From assembly GCA_963653505.1 (NCBI GenBank), contig CAVJWL010000003.1, positions 2,403 through 66,402 of the forward strand: a stretch of 64,000 nt of DNA, in the 5' to 3' direction. Each line of letters starts with the position of its first letter. Positions within the stretch are counted from its first letter, which is position 1. A program made the translations under genes and the position numbers. Source of the stretch: an uncultured Prevotellaceae bacterium. GTDB taxonomy: Bacteria > Bacillota_I > Bacilli_A > RFN20 > CAG-288. Below are positions 1-9,597 of this stretch, in pieces. Under the pieces are notes generated by a model. That model had not been told where the DNA came from. It worked only from the letters and a program-made list of their open reading frames with translations, and ran no database searches.

Positions 1-2
1 GT

Positions 3-974
3 ATCAGTTTCTTAAAAGAAGTCAATTTAGGAGTCGGTAAAACACTTAATGGAAATGTTGTTATTGTCGGTGGTGGAAATGTCGCTATCGATGTAGCTAG
101 AACTGCATTAAGACAAGGTGCAACTAATGTTGATTTATATTGCCTCGAACAAAGAAATGAAATGCCTTCAGCTAAAGAAGAAATTTTCGAAGCCGAAATC
201 GAAGGAATTAAAATTCATAATGGTTGGGGTCCAAAGAAAATCTCTTCTGAAACAATAACATTTAAAAAATGTATCCATGTTAAAGATAATAATGGAAGAT
301 TCAATCCTTCTTATGATGAAAATGATACTATTGATGTAAAATCAGATTATATATTATTAGCTATTGGACAAGCATTTGATTACAAGAATATTTTTGATGG
401 AAGCAATGTTGAATTAAGTAAAAGACAAACTGTCATTGCTGATAAATTAACCAAGCAATCATCAGAACCTGATATCTTTGTCGGTGGTGACATTTTAAAC
501 GGACCTAACTTTTGTATCGCAGCTATTGCTGATGGTAAACAAGCAGCTATTTCTCTCCATAGATATGTTCAACCTGGTCAATCGTTGGATATTGGAAGAG
601 ATAGAAGATTGTATTCACAAATTGATATCGATAACGTTAATTTTAATGGATATGACTCTGCTCCAAGGCAAATACCTCAAGTCGGTCCAGTTGATACAAA
701 ATCTTATAAAGATAATCGTGGATTTTTCACTGAGGAGCAAATCAAAAAAGAGGCTAGCCGTTGTCTTAAATGTGGAAGAGCAGTTGTCGATCCTAACGTT
801 TGTGTTGGATGCGGACAATGCGTATTGCAATGTAAATTTGATGCTGCTCATTTAATTAAGAAAACAGCAATATATGGAGAGGATTTCTCTTCAATGATGA
901 CAAAAGCGATTGGTCATACTTTAAAAAGAGGTGTAAAAATCGCAATCAACGCTTTAAAAGTGGAGAAAAAATAA
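3..974 (+). CDS. 5'-truncated (window edge) FAD/NAD(P)H pyridine-nucleotide oxidoreductase, glutamate-synthase small-subunit (GltD)-like, with C-terminal 4Fe-4S ferredoxin-type Cys cluster
   Basis: The frame of the listed ORF 162..974 stays open back to base 3. The upstream part reads VVIVGGGNVAIDVAR (Rossmann dinucleotide-binding motif). The C-terminus has CLKCGR...CVGCGQCVLQC. Confidence 0.7.
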   Translation: MSFLKEVNLGVGKTLNGNVVIVGGGNVAIDVARTALRQGATNVDLYCLEQRNEMPSAKEEIFEAEIEGIKIHNGWGPKKISSETITFKKCIHVKDNNGRFNPSYDENDTIDVKSDYILLAIGQAFDYKNIFDGSNVELSKRQTVIADKLTKQSSEPDIFVGGDILNGPNFCIAAIADGKQAAISLHRYVQPGQSLDIGRDRRLYSQIDIDNVNFNGYDSAPRQIPQVGPVDTKSYKDNRGFFTEEQIKKEASRCLKCGRAVVDPNVCVGCGQCVLQCKFDAAHLIKKTAIYGEDFSSMMTKAIGHTLKRGVKIAINALKVEKK

Positions 975-1315
975 TGCATGAGCTTGGTTTATGCGGTGAA
1001 ATGGTTGATACATTAATCAATTTAATGGAAGAAAACAATTTAACTAAAATCAAATCCGTAACATTGCAATTAGGTGAGGAGACCGCTGTGGTTCCTCGCT
1101 ATATGGCTGAATGTTGGCCTGCTGTTACCGAAAATACCCCTTTAGAAAATTGTAAACTTAATATTGAAACCGTGATAGCTACTGGAAGATGCCACAACTG
1201 CGATAATATTTTCAATCTCAAAGAAAACAATTTGAAATGTCCAAAATGCAAATGTGAAGATTACGATAATTTAACCGGCTTCGAATACGAAATATCTGAA
1301 ATAATCGCTGAATAA
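974..1315 (+). CDS. hypA: Hydrogenase/urease-type nickel insertion metallochaperone HypA
   Basis: 113 aa starting MHELGL. It has two CxxC pairs (CHNC...CPKC), the typical HypA length and layout. The start overlaps the upstream stop (TAATG). Confidence 0.8.
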   Translation: MHELGLCGEMVDTLINLMEENNLTKIKSVTLQLGEETAVVPRYMAECWPAVTENTPLENCKLNIETVIATGRCHNCDNIFNLKENNLKCPKCKCEDYDNLTGFEYEISEIIAE

Positions 1316-1321
1316 AAATAG

Positions 1322-1367
1322 AATAGTCAAATTGATAATTAAATGTTATTATTTGACTATTTTTTAT
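1322..1367 (+). terminator. Rho-independent terminator after hypA
   Basis: Arms aatagtcaaa (1322-1331) and tttgactatt (1352-1361) are followed by a T-run. Confidence 0.5.
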
Positions 1368-1404
1368 TTATTTATAATCCAAAAAATGCAATAATAATTT
1401 TATT

Positions 1405-2343
1405 ATGAAAAAAATCAAATCTTTTTTACTTATCTTAAGTGTATCTACTTTATTAACATCTTGTACTAATCCACCAATAAATAAAAATTCTAAAACTGAA
1501 ACTTTTAATTCAAATATATCAATTGAAAGTTCAAAAAGCGAATCTATAAATAGTACTAATACTATAAATTCAAATAGCTCATTCACTAGCAATGAATCAA
1601 TAAACTCTGATAGTCAAAATAGTGATGAAATAGTAATAGAAAAAGAATGGATTTCATTAGATTTTACAACTTTCGGAAATACATTTAGAAAACAATTACA
1701 AAATTTAATTATTTCCACAGGAACTAAGACAATAAGTTATAAAACAAATAATGATGTTCTTTCTAAATCTGATGCTGCTATAAATGGAAATAGTGGTGTC
1801 ATACCTTTTTATCATGCAGATAATGAAAACACGACCAAATGGAATAAAGAGCATGTTTGGCCAAATTCTAGAGGGGCTGGAAAAACTGGACCTGGATCAG
1901 ACCCTCAAATGTTACGCCCAACAAATGAAAGCGAAAATAGCAGTAGAAGCAATTATTTTTATGGAAACGGAATAAGTGATGGAACAAATACTTGGGATCC
2001 TGCAACTTTTGGATATGAACCAGCTAGAGGTGAAGCAGCTCGAATCATTTTTTATTGTGCGACAAGATACTATAACACTTGTGGTACTGGTGGAAGTTCC
2101 AAAGGTTCTAAGCCATTAGAATTATCAAATAATCCAAGTGATGCAACAACAGAACACACTATGGGAAGATTAGATAGACTTTTAGAATGGAATGAAAAAT
2201 ATCCTGTAACAAACCAAGAAAAAAGGCGAAATGAATATTTATACAAAAATCATTTCGCAAAAAATCCATTTATTGATCATCCAGAATTTGCAAATTACAT
2301 TTGGGATAAAAACGGAATAAGAACTACCGCTTATACAGTTTAA
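1405..2343 (+). CDS. Lipoprotein with Endonuclease I-family extracellular nuclease domain
   Basis: Signal peptide with lipobox (LLTSC), an S/N-rich linker, then EHVWPNSRG and NPFIDHPE motifs typical of Endonuclease I (EndA/Dns/Vvn family). Confidence 0.7.
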   Translation: MKKIKSFLLILSVSTLLTSCTNPPINKNSKTETFNSNISIESSKSESINSTNTINSNSSFTSNESINSDSQNSDEIVIEKEWISLDFTTFGNTFRKQLQNLIISTGTKTISYKTNNDVLSKSDAAINGNSGVIPFYHADNENTTKWNKEHVWPNSRGAGKTGPGSDPQMLRPTNESENSSRSNYFYGNGISDGTNTWDPATFGYEPARGEAARIIFYCATRYYNTCGTGGSSKGSKPLELSNNPSDATTEHTMGRLDRLLEWNEKYPVTNQEKRRNEYLYKNHFAKNPFIDHPEFANYIWDKNGIRTTAYTV

Positions 2344-2345
2344 AG

Positions 2346-2699
2346 TTATTTACAGTCGTGGCAACAATTGCATTCACCACCTTCATGATCGCAACAGCAA
2401 TCGCCATGACAATTGCATTCATGTTCTCCACAACAATCGCAATTTTCCTTAATAATTGCTATTTGTTCACCATCTACATCAAAAATTAAATCGTTTAGCA
2501 ATTCCTCATCTTCTTGTGAAATTGAAACATTAATTCCATCAACATCAATAACTCTCTCTAGTGTTTCTTTTTTACCTAATTCTAAATTCATCACAAATCC
2601 ATGATAAGAATTTTCTTGTGTCGAAATGATGATAGTATCAACATTATTTTCTTTAAATATTTCTAAAAATCTTTCTTTGCAATCAGCTGTAATTTTCAT
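2346..2699 (-). CDS. HesB/IscA-fold (iron-sulfur cluster biosynthesis family) protein with Cys/His-rich C-terminal tail
   Basis: The N-terminal ~80 aa follow the HesB-like pattern (IIISTQENSYHGFVMNLELG...VIDVDGINVSI...LIFDV). The last ~34 aa read CDCCGEHECNCHGDCCCDHEGGECNCCHDCK. Confidence 0.5.
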   Translation of the reverse strand: MKITADCKERFLEIFKENNVDTIIISTQENSYHGFVMNLELGKKETLERVIDVDGINVSISQEDEELLNDLIFDVDGEQIAIIKENCDCCGEHECNCHGDCCCDHEGGECNCCHDCK

Positions 2700-3577
2700 T
2701 TTATACCTCTTTCCTTTAAGTTTTTATTACACAAAACTTTTATACCTGATTTTATAACTTTAATATTCATATTTCCTTCTTTTCCACATTCACCATCTAT
2801 ATCCCATTTTTCTTTCGAATCAACTTCTAAATAAACTTCATCAACTAGATAATGTGGGATTTTTTTACTGTGGAAAATATATGAAGCCATAGCTGGAATT
2901 TGTCTTTTTATAGGATTTAAATAAAGATCAAATTTTCCATCTTGGACATTAGATTTTGGATTGACATTATAACTTCCAACATGTGAAGTATTTAATACAA
3001 TTATGAAAGGAACAGAAAACTCGAGAATTTCACCATTTTTAAAAATTGCTTTACCTGAAACTTTAGATGGTTCAAACATCTTACTCATTCCTTTTAAATA
3101 ATATGCGATTTTACCAATTCTTCGTTTATCAGCTTTTGTTGTTTCATATGGTATTTTTGATAAACCACCTAATGCCATAGCAAACACGCAATAATCATCA
3201 TTGCATTTCAATATATCAAATTTTTCAACATGGCCTTCTTCAATGATTTTGATACATTTATTTATATCTGAATTAATTCCATAATTCTTACAAATATCAT
3301 TGCATGTACCTGTAGGAAAAAAGCCTAAAATTGGCATATTCTCTTTATCTGCAATCATATTTACAGCAATATTAATAGATCCATCGCCACCTGAAATCAA
3401 TAAATAATCATATTTACCACAGCTTTCAACGCATAGTTTTTTAAATTCTTCAGTAGTTTTAGGAATGATAAAAACAAGATTTGAATCTAATTTCTTCAAT
3501 CTATCAACAATGAAATTGGTTTTTTTATCAGATAATCCTTTTCCGCTAGTGCTGTTATGTAAAAATAAAATGTGCAT
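2696..3577 (-). CDS. Diacylglycerol kinase-family lipid kinase (DagK/YegS-like)
   Basis: ILFLHNSTSGKG near the N-terminus and an ISGGDGS motif. The first ATG is at 3577; the track's TTG start at 3592 adds 5 aa. ATGA overlap with the downstream gene. Confidence 0.7.
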   Translation of the reverse strand: MHILFLHNSTSGKGLSDKKTNFIVDRLKKLDSNLVFIIPKTTEEFKKLCVESCGKYDYLLISGGDGSINIAVNMIADKENMPILGFFPTGTCNDICKNYGINSDINKCIKIIEEGHVEKFDILKCNDDYCVFAMALGGLSKIPYETTKADKRRIGKIAYYLKGMSKMFEPSKVSGKAIFKNGEILEFSVPFIIVLNTSHVGSYNVNPKSNVQDGKFDLYLNPIKRQIPAMASYIFHSKKIPHYLVDEVYLEVDSKEKWDIDGECGKEGNMNIKVIKSGIKVLCNKNLKERGIK

Positions 3578-3664
3578 GTAACAATAATACAATAAAACAA
3601 TACTAAAAAAAAGGTATTAGAACAAAATATAATAATTTTATCTAATACCTTAAGATATCGTTAA

Positions 3665-4093
3665 TTATTTTTCAATCAAATCAACTCTTCTTTGATGTCT
3701 ATCACCTAATGGCTTAGAATTGAGGAAAATATCAATTCTATGAAGAATATCATTGATATCCATAAATTTAGCACCAAAGGCAATCATATTTGCGTGATTA
3801 TGTTCAACTAATAAATGAGAAACATCATCATTATAACCGATACCACAACGAATACCTTTTACTTTATTTGCACAAATACAAACGCCTTCACCGGAGGAAC
3901 AAATTAATATTCCCTTTTCAGCTTCACCATTTGCAACTGCTTCAGCCGTCTTCTTAGCAAAAATAGGATAATCACAAGACTCAGTAGAAAAAGTTCCACA
4001 ATCGATTACTTCATAGCCATTTTTCTCAAGGTAAGCTTTAACTGTATCTTTTGCTTCATATCCGCCATGATCACATCCAATTGATAATTTCAT
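3665..4093 (-). CDS. rpiB: Ribose-5-phosphate isomerase B (RpiB/LacAB family)
   Basis: MKLSIGCDHGG start, CSSGEGVCICANKVKGIRC motif, 142 aa. Confidence 0.85.
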   Translation of the reverse strand: MKLSIGCDHGGYEAKDTVKAYLEKNGYEVIDCGTFSTESCDYPIFAKKTAEAVANGEAEKGILICSSGEGVCICANKVKGIRCGIGYNDDVSHLLVEHNHANMIAFGAKFMDINDILHRIDIFLNSKPLGDRHQRRVDLIEK

Positions 4094-4707
4094 TGCTTTT
4101 CTCCTAAAAAAACCTTTCGAATATCTTCTAATTTTATTTCGCCTTGACGAACAATAATAGGATTATCACCTGTCAAATCTACAACGGTTGTTGGAATTGA
4201 AGACACACAATCCCCTTGAACAATGCCTTTAACATCATAATTTAGAGCAAACACATTTTTTACAAAATTGAAATCACTTGTAGAAGCAGCTCCTGACATA
4301 TTAGCACTTGTAACTTGCAATGGATATGGAATGGTTTCTAAAAATTCCAATAAAGATTCTTTTTCAGGAATGCGAAGACCGACTACTTTGCTTCCTAAAT
4401 GAGCTTGAAAAGGAACATTTTCTTTAGCATTTATTAAAACAGTAAGAGGACCTGGTAAAAATGTTTCAATTACTCTTCTTGCACTTTCTGAAATTTTAAA
4501 ATATTTATCTAAATCAAAATTTCTTCCACACATTACAGCAATTGGTTTACTTGGTATTCTTTTTTTAGCATTGCAAAGACGTTCATATGCAAGTGAACTA
4601 TCCCATCTGATGCCTAAACCATAAACAGTTTCAGTAGGAAAGGCGAGAACATATCCCGACTCTATAATTTCCTTTGCACGTTCATCTTCAAATTTAAGAA
4701 CATCCAT
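4090..4707 (-). CDS. tsaC: L-threonylcarbamoyladenylate synthase (YrdC/YwlC/Sua5 family)
   Basis: PTETVYGLG, KKRIPSKP, LPGPLT, TSANMSG and TTVVDL motifs. 205 aa. Confidence 0.8.
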   Translation of the reverse strand: MDVLKFEDERAKEIIESGYVLAFPTETVYGLGIRWDSSLAYERLCNAKKRIPSKPIAVMCGRNFDLDKYFKISESARRVIETFLPGPLTVLINAKENVPFQAHLGSKVVGLRIPEKESLLEFLETIPYPLQVTSANMSGAASTSDFNFVKNVFALNYDVKGIVQGDCVSSIPTTVVDLTGDNPIIVRQGEIKLEDIRKVFLGEKQ

Positions 4708-4713
4708 TTTGAA

Positions 4714-5298
4714 TCAGTTTCTACTTCTTCTTTTTAATAAACTAACGCGTTGTGGTTCATCACTAGAAGAAATCTTACGTAAAAAGATAAAATATTTATC
4801 ATAGTTTAAGCCGTAATATTCGACCAAATTTTTGACTACAAATTTATTGCTATCTTTTCTATCATTATATGTTTGTCTAATTGCAGCAAATCTCTTTTCT
4901 TCATCAGTTGTTGCTTTGTCAAAATCTGAAATAAGAGCTATATTATTCATCAAATTGTCACAATGAAGAATTGCACCACCTAACATTCTCTTTCTTCTTT
5001 GTTCAGCGGTTTCTTTAGCTGGTTTTTCAACAACTTTTGGTTTTCTAGGTCCGCTGACAACTCCATATCTAGATTTCCATAAACCAACAGAGCCTAAAAT
5101 TCTTGTCTTCCCTAAAACCCTAACTGAAAATCCATTGTCTTCAAAAATTTCAACTGGGTTATCACCTTGTTTTACTCTTTCCATAACCAAATCAATAAAC
5201 TCTTGTTTATAAGTGATTTTAGCATCGGAAACTTTTTCTACATGTGGATTTTTCTTTAAAACAGAAATTGCATGTTTTGAAAATTTAGCATTGGCCAT
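4714..5298 (-). CDS. Hypothetical protein (basic, possible HTH-like N-terminus)
   Basis: Intact ORF. The GGAGG sits 8 nt upstream of the second ATG (5298) and only 2 nt upstream of the first (5304). Overlaps the ftsH 3' end. No catalytic motif recognised. Confidence 0.45.
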   Translation of the reverse strand: MANAKFSKHAISVLKKNPHVEKVSDAKITYKQEFIDLVMERVKQGDNPVEIFEDNGFSVRVLGKTRILGSVGLWKSRYGVVSGPRKPKVVEKPAKETAEQRRKRMLGGAILHCDNLMNNIALISDFDKATTDEEKRFAAIRQTYNDRKDSNKFVVKNLVEYYGLNYDKYFIFLRKISSSDEPQRVSLLKRRSRN

Positions 5299-7984
5299 CT
5301 TCATTTCCTCCTTTATTATCTAAGTCCTTTGCATCTTTATTTTCTACTACTTCATTTATTTTATTTTCTTCAATAGTTTTTACGCTTTGATATTCAGATT
5401 CTAATTTCTTAATGCAACTCTCAGTTGCTAAAATTAAAAGGAATGAAACATTAGCATAGCTTTCTAAATGAGTTGCAAAAGAAGGTAAACTTAAAGAAAT
5501 ATCTTTAGCGGCTTCAGAATCAATAAATATAACTCCGACTTTTGATGGGTCCTTTGCACCTTTTCTGCAAGCTTCTTTAAATTCAGTAGATGAAATTTCA
5601 ATTTTTCCCGGTGCCACTAGGACAATACGGGTAGGATTATTAACCAAAATTTTATCAATAATTGAATAATATTTTTCATATCCAGGATAGAGAATAATAT
5701 TATTTTTATTCAATGGTGTTTCACCATTTTCATTAGCCATAATATGTTCATCTTCTTTTGGAAGTTCACGATTCTTTAACAAGTATTCAATTTGGTCTGC
5801 AGTGATTGTTTCATTTTTAATCAAAGTATTAGCAATCAATTCGACATCTTCTTTGTGTTCAGTTAATAAGTCTCTTGCTTTTTCATGGCATTCATCTACA
5901 ATTTGTCTAACAGCTTTATCAATCTCAAAAGCAATTTGAGTAGAGTAATTGGCCTGAGTTGAATTGTAATCACGTCCTAAAAATACAGAACCACCTGGTT
6001 TTTCATATTGGATTAATCCTAATTCAGACATACCATATTGAGTAACCATACTTCTAGCAATTTGTGTAGCTACTTCGATATCATTTGAAGCACCAGTAGA
6101 GACATCACCGAAGAAAATTTCTTCAGATGTTCTACCACCAAGATAGCCAGTAATTCTAGCTAAAAGTTGATTTTTAGTAAGCAAGAAATGATCTTGAGCT
6201 GGTGTCATTAAAACATGACCTCCAGTTCTTCCACGTGGGATAATAGTAATCTTTTGAACAACATCTGAATATGGTAAGAAAATACCAATTACAGCATGGC
6301 CTGCTTCATGGAAAGCAACTTGCTTTTTCTCATTTTCTTCTAAATGAGTCTTTTTTGCAGGACCGGCTATTGCTCTATCAATAGCTTCATCAATATCTGA
6401 TGTTGTAATAACTGTACGATTGCTACGAACAGCTAAAATAGCAGCTTCATTCATGATATTAGCTAAATCAGCACCAGAGAATCCGACAGTTCTTGAAGCA
6501 ATAGAATCAAATGATACATCACTTGCAAGTTTCTTATTGCGAGAATGAACTTTTAAAATTGCTGCTCTACCAGCTCTATCTGGTAAATCAACAGTGATAT
6601 TTCTATCAAAACGACCAGGTCTAGTTAAAGCAGGGTCAAGAACATCACTTCTATTAGTTGCAGCCATAACTATGATGCCAGAATTATCTTCGAAACCATC
6701 CATCTCAACTAATAATTCATTGAGTGTTTGCTCTCTTTCATCATTACCGCCGCCAAGTCCAGCTCCTCTTTGACGACCAACAGCATCAATTTCATCGATA
6801 AAGATCAAACAAGGAGCATTTTGTTTTGCAGTTTTAAATAAATTACGAACACGGCTTGCACCGACACCGACATACATTTCAACAAAGTCAGAACCTGAAA
6901 TGGAATAGAAAGGAACATTAGCTTCACCAGCAACTGCTTTTGCTAATAAAGTCTTACCAGTTCCTGGCGGCCCAACTAATAAAACACCATGTGGAAGTTT
7001 AGCACCGAGTCTAGTATATCTATCTGTAGCATGGAAATAATCAACCATTTCAACTAATTCAGCTTTAGCTTCATCACAGCCTGCAACATCACTAAATCTA
7101 ACTTTAGAATTGACGGTTTTACGGCCTAGATTATCTACAAATCCTGTCATTGCACCAGGACCAGAGCCACCAACTGACTTATACATCTTATTGATGAAAT
7201 AGCCAATAAGGACAAATGATATTATGGCAATGATCAACGGCATCAACCAACTTGAAGTTGAATTAATTTGCTCAACTGAAGAAGTGTAAACATGTCTAGT
7301 ATTCAAAAGTGTAGTTGAAGAATAGTAGATATAGAAATTGCCAGATGTTGAATCTTTAAATGATACATTTTTGATTATTGGAAGTAAATAATGATTGTAA
7401 TAACTATCACTTATTGTAGCTTTGAATGTGTAGGTGATATCTTTAGAATTTTCTTTTCTAACATATGAACCTGATAAATAATAAGTGGAATCAAAATAAT
7501 ATGATTTTTTGACATCTAAAATTGTCTTATTATCTTCAGCGTTGATTAAAATTTCAGCAAGAGTGCCGATTGAATTAACCGAACCATCGCTTCCACCTTT
7601 CATAACGACATAATTTTCATTTGTCGTATCACCAACTTTAAATGTCCCAGCTTTTATTTCTTCAAAAACTGGATAACCATTTGAATCCACATCTGCTTTA
7701 CCATCATGGTTATTGTCTACATTGTAAATAAGATCGCTATCAGTATAGCTTACAGAATTAGATGAATTTCTAAAAACGAAGAAATAAAGCATCAAAGCAA
7801 GAACGACAATGAAAGCTAAAGCAAAAAGAACAACTTGAATATATCCCTTGTCCTTCTTTCCATTTTTGTCATTCATTTTCGGAGTTTGATTCTTGTTTTT
7901 TTGATTGTTTTCATCATTCATGAAATTCATTTCATAGGATTCTTCCATTGAAAGTGACAATTCATTTTTTTGACTTTTTTTCAC
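5285..7984 (-). CDS. ftsH: ATP-dependent zinc metalloprotease FtsH (enlarged: long ectodomain and C-terminal extension)
   Basis: [13 protein letters not shown] Walker A, DEIDA Walker B, HEAGHA zinc site and two TM segments. GTG start with AAGGAGG 9 nt upstream. Confidence 0.9.
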   Translation of the reverse strand: MKKSQKNELSLSMEESYEMNFMNDENNQKNKNQTPKMNDKNGKKDKGYIQVVLFALAFIVVLALMLYFFVFRNSSNSVSYTDSDLIYNVDNNHDGKADVDSNGYPVFEEIKAGTFKVGDTTNENYVVMKGGSDGSVNSIGTLAEILINAEDNKTILDVKKSYYFDSTYYLSGSYVRKENSKDITYTFKATISDSYYNHYLLPIIKNVSFKDSTSGNFYIYYSSTTLLNTRHVYTSSVEQINSTSSWLMPLIIAIISFVLIGYFINKMYKSVGGSGPGAMTGFVDNLGRKTVNSKVRFSDVAGCDEAKAELVEMVDYFHATDRYTRLGAKLPHGVLLVGPPGTGKTLLAKAVAGEANVPFYSISGSDFVEMYVGVGASRVRNLFKTAKQNAPCLIFIDEIDAVGRQRGAGLGGGNDEREQTLNELLVEMDGFEDNSGIIVMAATNRSDVLDPALTRPGRFDRNITVDLPDRAGRAAILKVHSRNKKLASDVSFDSIASRTVGFSGADLANIMNEAAILAVRSNRTVITTSDIDEAIDRAIAGPAKKTHLEENEKKQVAFHEAGHAVIGIFLPYSDVVQKITIIPRGRTGGHVLMTPAQDHFLLTKNQLLARITGYLGGRTSEEIFFGDVSTGASNDIEVATQIARSMVTQYGMSELGLIQYEKPGGSVFLGRDYNSTQANYSTQIAFEIDKAVRQIVDECHEKARDLLTEHKEDVELIANTLIKNETITADQIEYLLKNRELPKEDEHIMANENGETPLNKNNIILYPGYEKYYSIIDKILVNNPTRIVLVAPGKIEISSTEFKEACRKGAKDPSKVGVIFIDSEAAKDISLSLPSFATHLESYANVSFLLILATESCIKKLESEYQSVKTIEENKINEVVENKDAKDLDNKGGNEDGQC

Positions 7985-8084
7985 GAATTTCCGCCTCCTT
8001 AATTTTATTTTGTTAGCACACTAAATTTAAAGCATATTAAGTATAAATAAGGTTAAAAAGTATTTCAATAATTATAAAATCTTT

Positions 8085-8324
8085 TTACTTAGATCTCATC
8101 TTACCTTTAAACTTTCCTTTAGAAGCATGCACTAAAACAGCTCTACCTTGATTTTCAGCCATCTTCTTAGTGTATTCCATAGCTTCAGCCTTAGTATCGA
8201 AAAGTTTAATCGCTTTTTCACCACCTGCATACTTAACTTGCCATTTACCATCTTCTATGCGTTTGCTCACATGATAAGTTTTGGCAGATGTGTTCTTTTT
8301 TTCTTCGTTATTTTCAATAGCCAT
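8085..8324 (-). CDS. Small DUF2188-like protein
   Basis: 79 aa. YHVSKRIEDGKWQVKYAGGEKAIKLFDTKAEAMEYTKKMA matches the DUF2188 pattern as I remember it. Confidence 0.5.
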   Translation of the reverse strand: MAIENNEEKKNTSAKTYHVSKRIEDGKWQVKYAGGEKAIKLFDTKAEAMEYTKKMAENQGRAVLVHASKGKFKGKMRSK

Positions 8325-8408
8325 ATACTGCTTCTCCTTTTTTCATTATTAATATGATACTATAAAACAATTCATTATATTATTAAAAATATTATATTTT
8401 GTAAAAAA

Positions 8409-9596
8409 TCATTCGATTATATTTATTTTAATCTCACAATCCGACAAAGGAAAGGTAGAACAAGCATAAATATACCCGTATTTTTGATCGGCAAATCTTC
8501 TGTTATCGTGATTTTTATCTATATATACATCACCAGATATCAATTTGCATCTACATACTCCGCATTCACCAGCTCTGCAGCGAGTCGGATTTTTAATTCC
8601 TGCTCTCTCTAAGCTGACTGCAATTGATTCATCACTATTTGCAACTATGACCGTTTTATCAATACCTCTTACAACTGTCAATTTGAATTTTTTAACTTCT
8701 TCTAAAGGATAATCCTCATTATTTTTGATTTCTTTTTGAACTCCAAATGTTTCAAAAATCATTCTTCTTTTTGGAGCATTTAAGGAATCCAATTCTTTTT
8801 CGATGAACTTATACATAGCCTGAGGGCCACAAATGAAATATGTGGAGTCTTCATAACTGTATTTGCTAATGCATTCTTTTGTTATAAATCCTTTTTCTCC
8901 TTCATAATTTTCATCATTAGAAATGACTGGAACTATTTTTATTTTTGGCGATTTTAATTTCATCAATTCATCAATTAATGGCATATCCTTTTGTGATGTT
9001 GCTCCATATAAAATAGTCAAATCAACATCTAGTTTTCCATTTTCAACTTCTTTTGCCATTGAACAAAAAGGAGTAATTCCACTACCTCCTGCAATACACA
9101 CAAGATGTTTGCTATCTCTTAATGGATCATAATGGAAGTTTCCAAATGGAAGACGAACTGTGAAAATATCACCTACTTTTACTTTATCGAAAAAATGATC
9201 AGCGACAAATCCTTTTTCATTTCCTTTCTTTATTGTCACTTGAAAGAAGGAGTTCTCTCCTTGTCTAGCTTCAAATGGTGCTGAAGAAATTGAATAAGGT
9301 CTTGTGGTATAAGTGTTTCCAATTTTCAACTCAAAAGAAACATATTGCCCTGCTTGAAACGGAGGAAGTTCATATCCACTCAAAGGTTTAAAAGTAAATG
9401 TTTTTGAAGTTAGTGATGATTCTTTTATATCTACGACTTTAACTTCTACCTTGTCCGGATGTACTTTTTGACATAGTTCTTTGATTGGATCTTTGAATCC
9501 TTTATTCTCATCACCTTTTTTAATAACATTTCTTCTACGGTTAGTAACTTTAAAAAATCCTAAAGTATCTTTGATAAATCCATTTATTTTTTTCAT
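8409..9596 (-). CDS. Ferredoxin-NAD(P)+ reductase-like flavoprotein with C-terminal plant-type 2Fe-2S ferredoxin domain
   Basis: RPYSISS (FAD RxYS motif), GGSGITPF (NAD(P) binding) and CRAGECGVCRC...C (2Fe-2S). Starts 1 nt after the stop of the upstream gene. Confidence 0.75.
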   Translation of the reverse strand: MKKINGFIKDTLGFFKVTNRRRNVIKKGDENKGFKDPIKELCQKVHPDKVEVKVVDIKESSLTSKTFTFKPLSGYELPPFQAGQYVSFELKIGNTYTTRPYSISSAPFEARQGENSFFQVTIKKGNEKGFVADHFFDKVKVGDIFTVRLPFGNFHYDPLRDSKHLVCIAGGSGITPFCSMAKEVENGKLDVDLTILYGATSQKDMPLIDELMKLKSPKIKIVPVISNDENYEGEKGFITKECISKYSYEDSTYFICGPQAMYKFIEKELDSLNAPKRRMIFETFGVQKEIKNNEDYPLEEVKKFKLTVVRGIDKTVIVANSDESIAVSLERAGIKNPTRCRAGECGVCRCKLISGDVYIDKNHDNRRFADQKYGYIYACSTFPLSDCEIKINIIE

Positions 9597-9597
9597 G

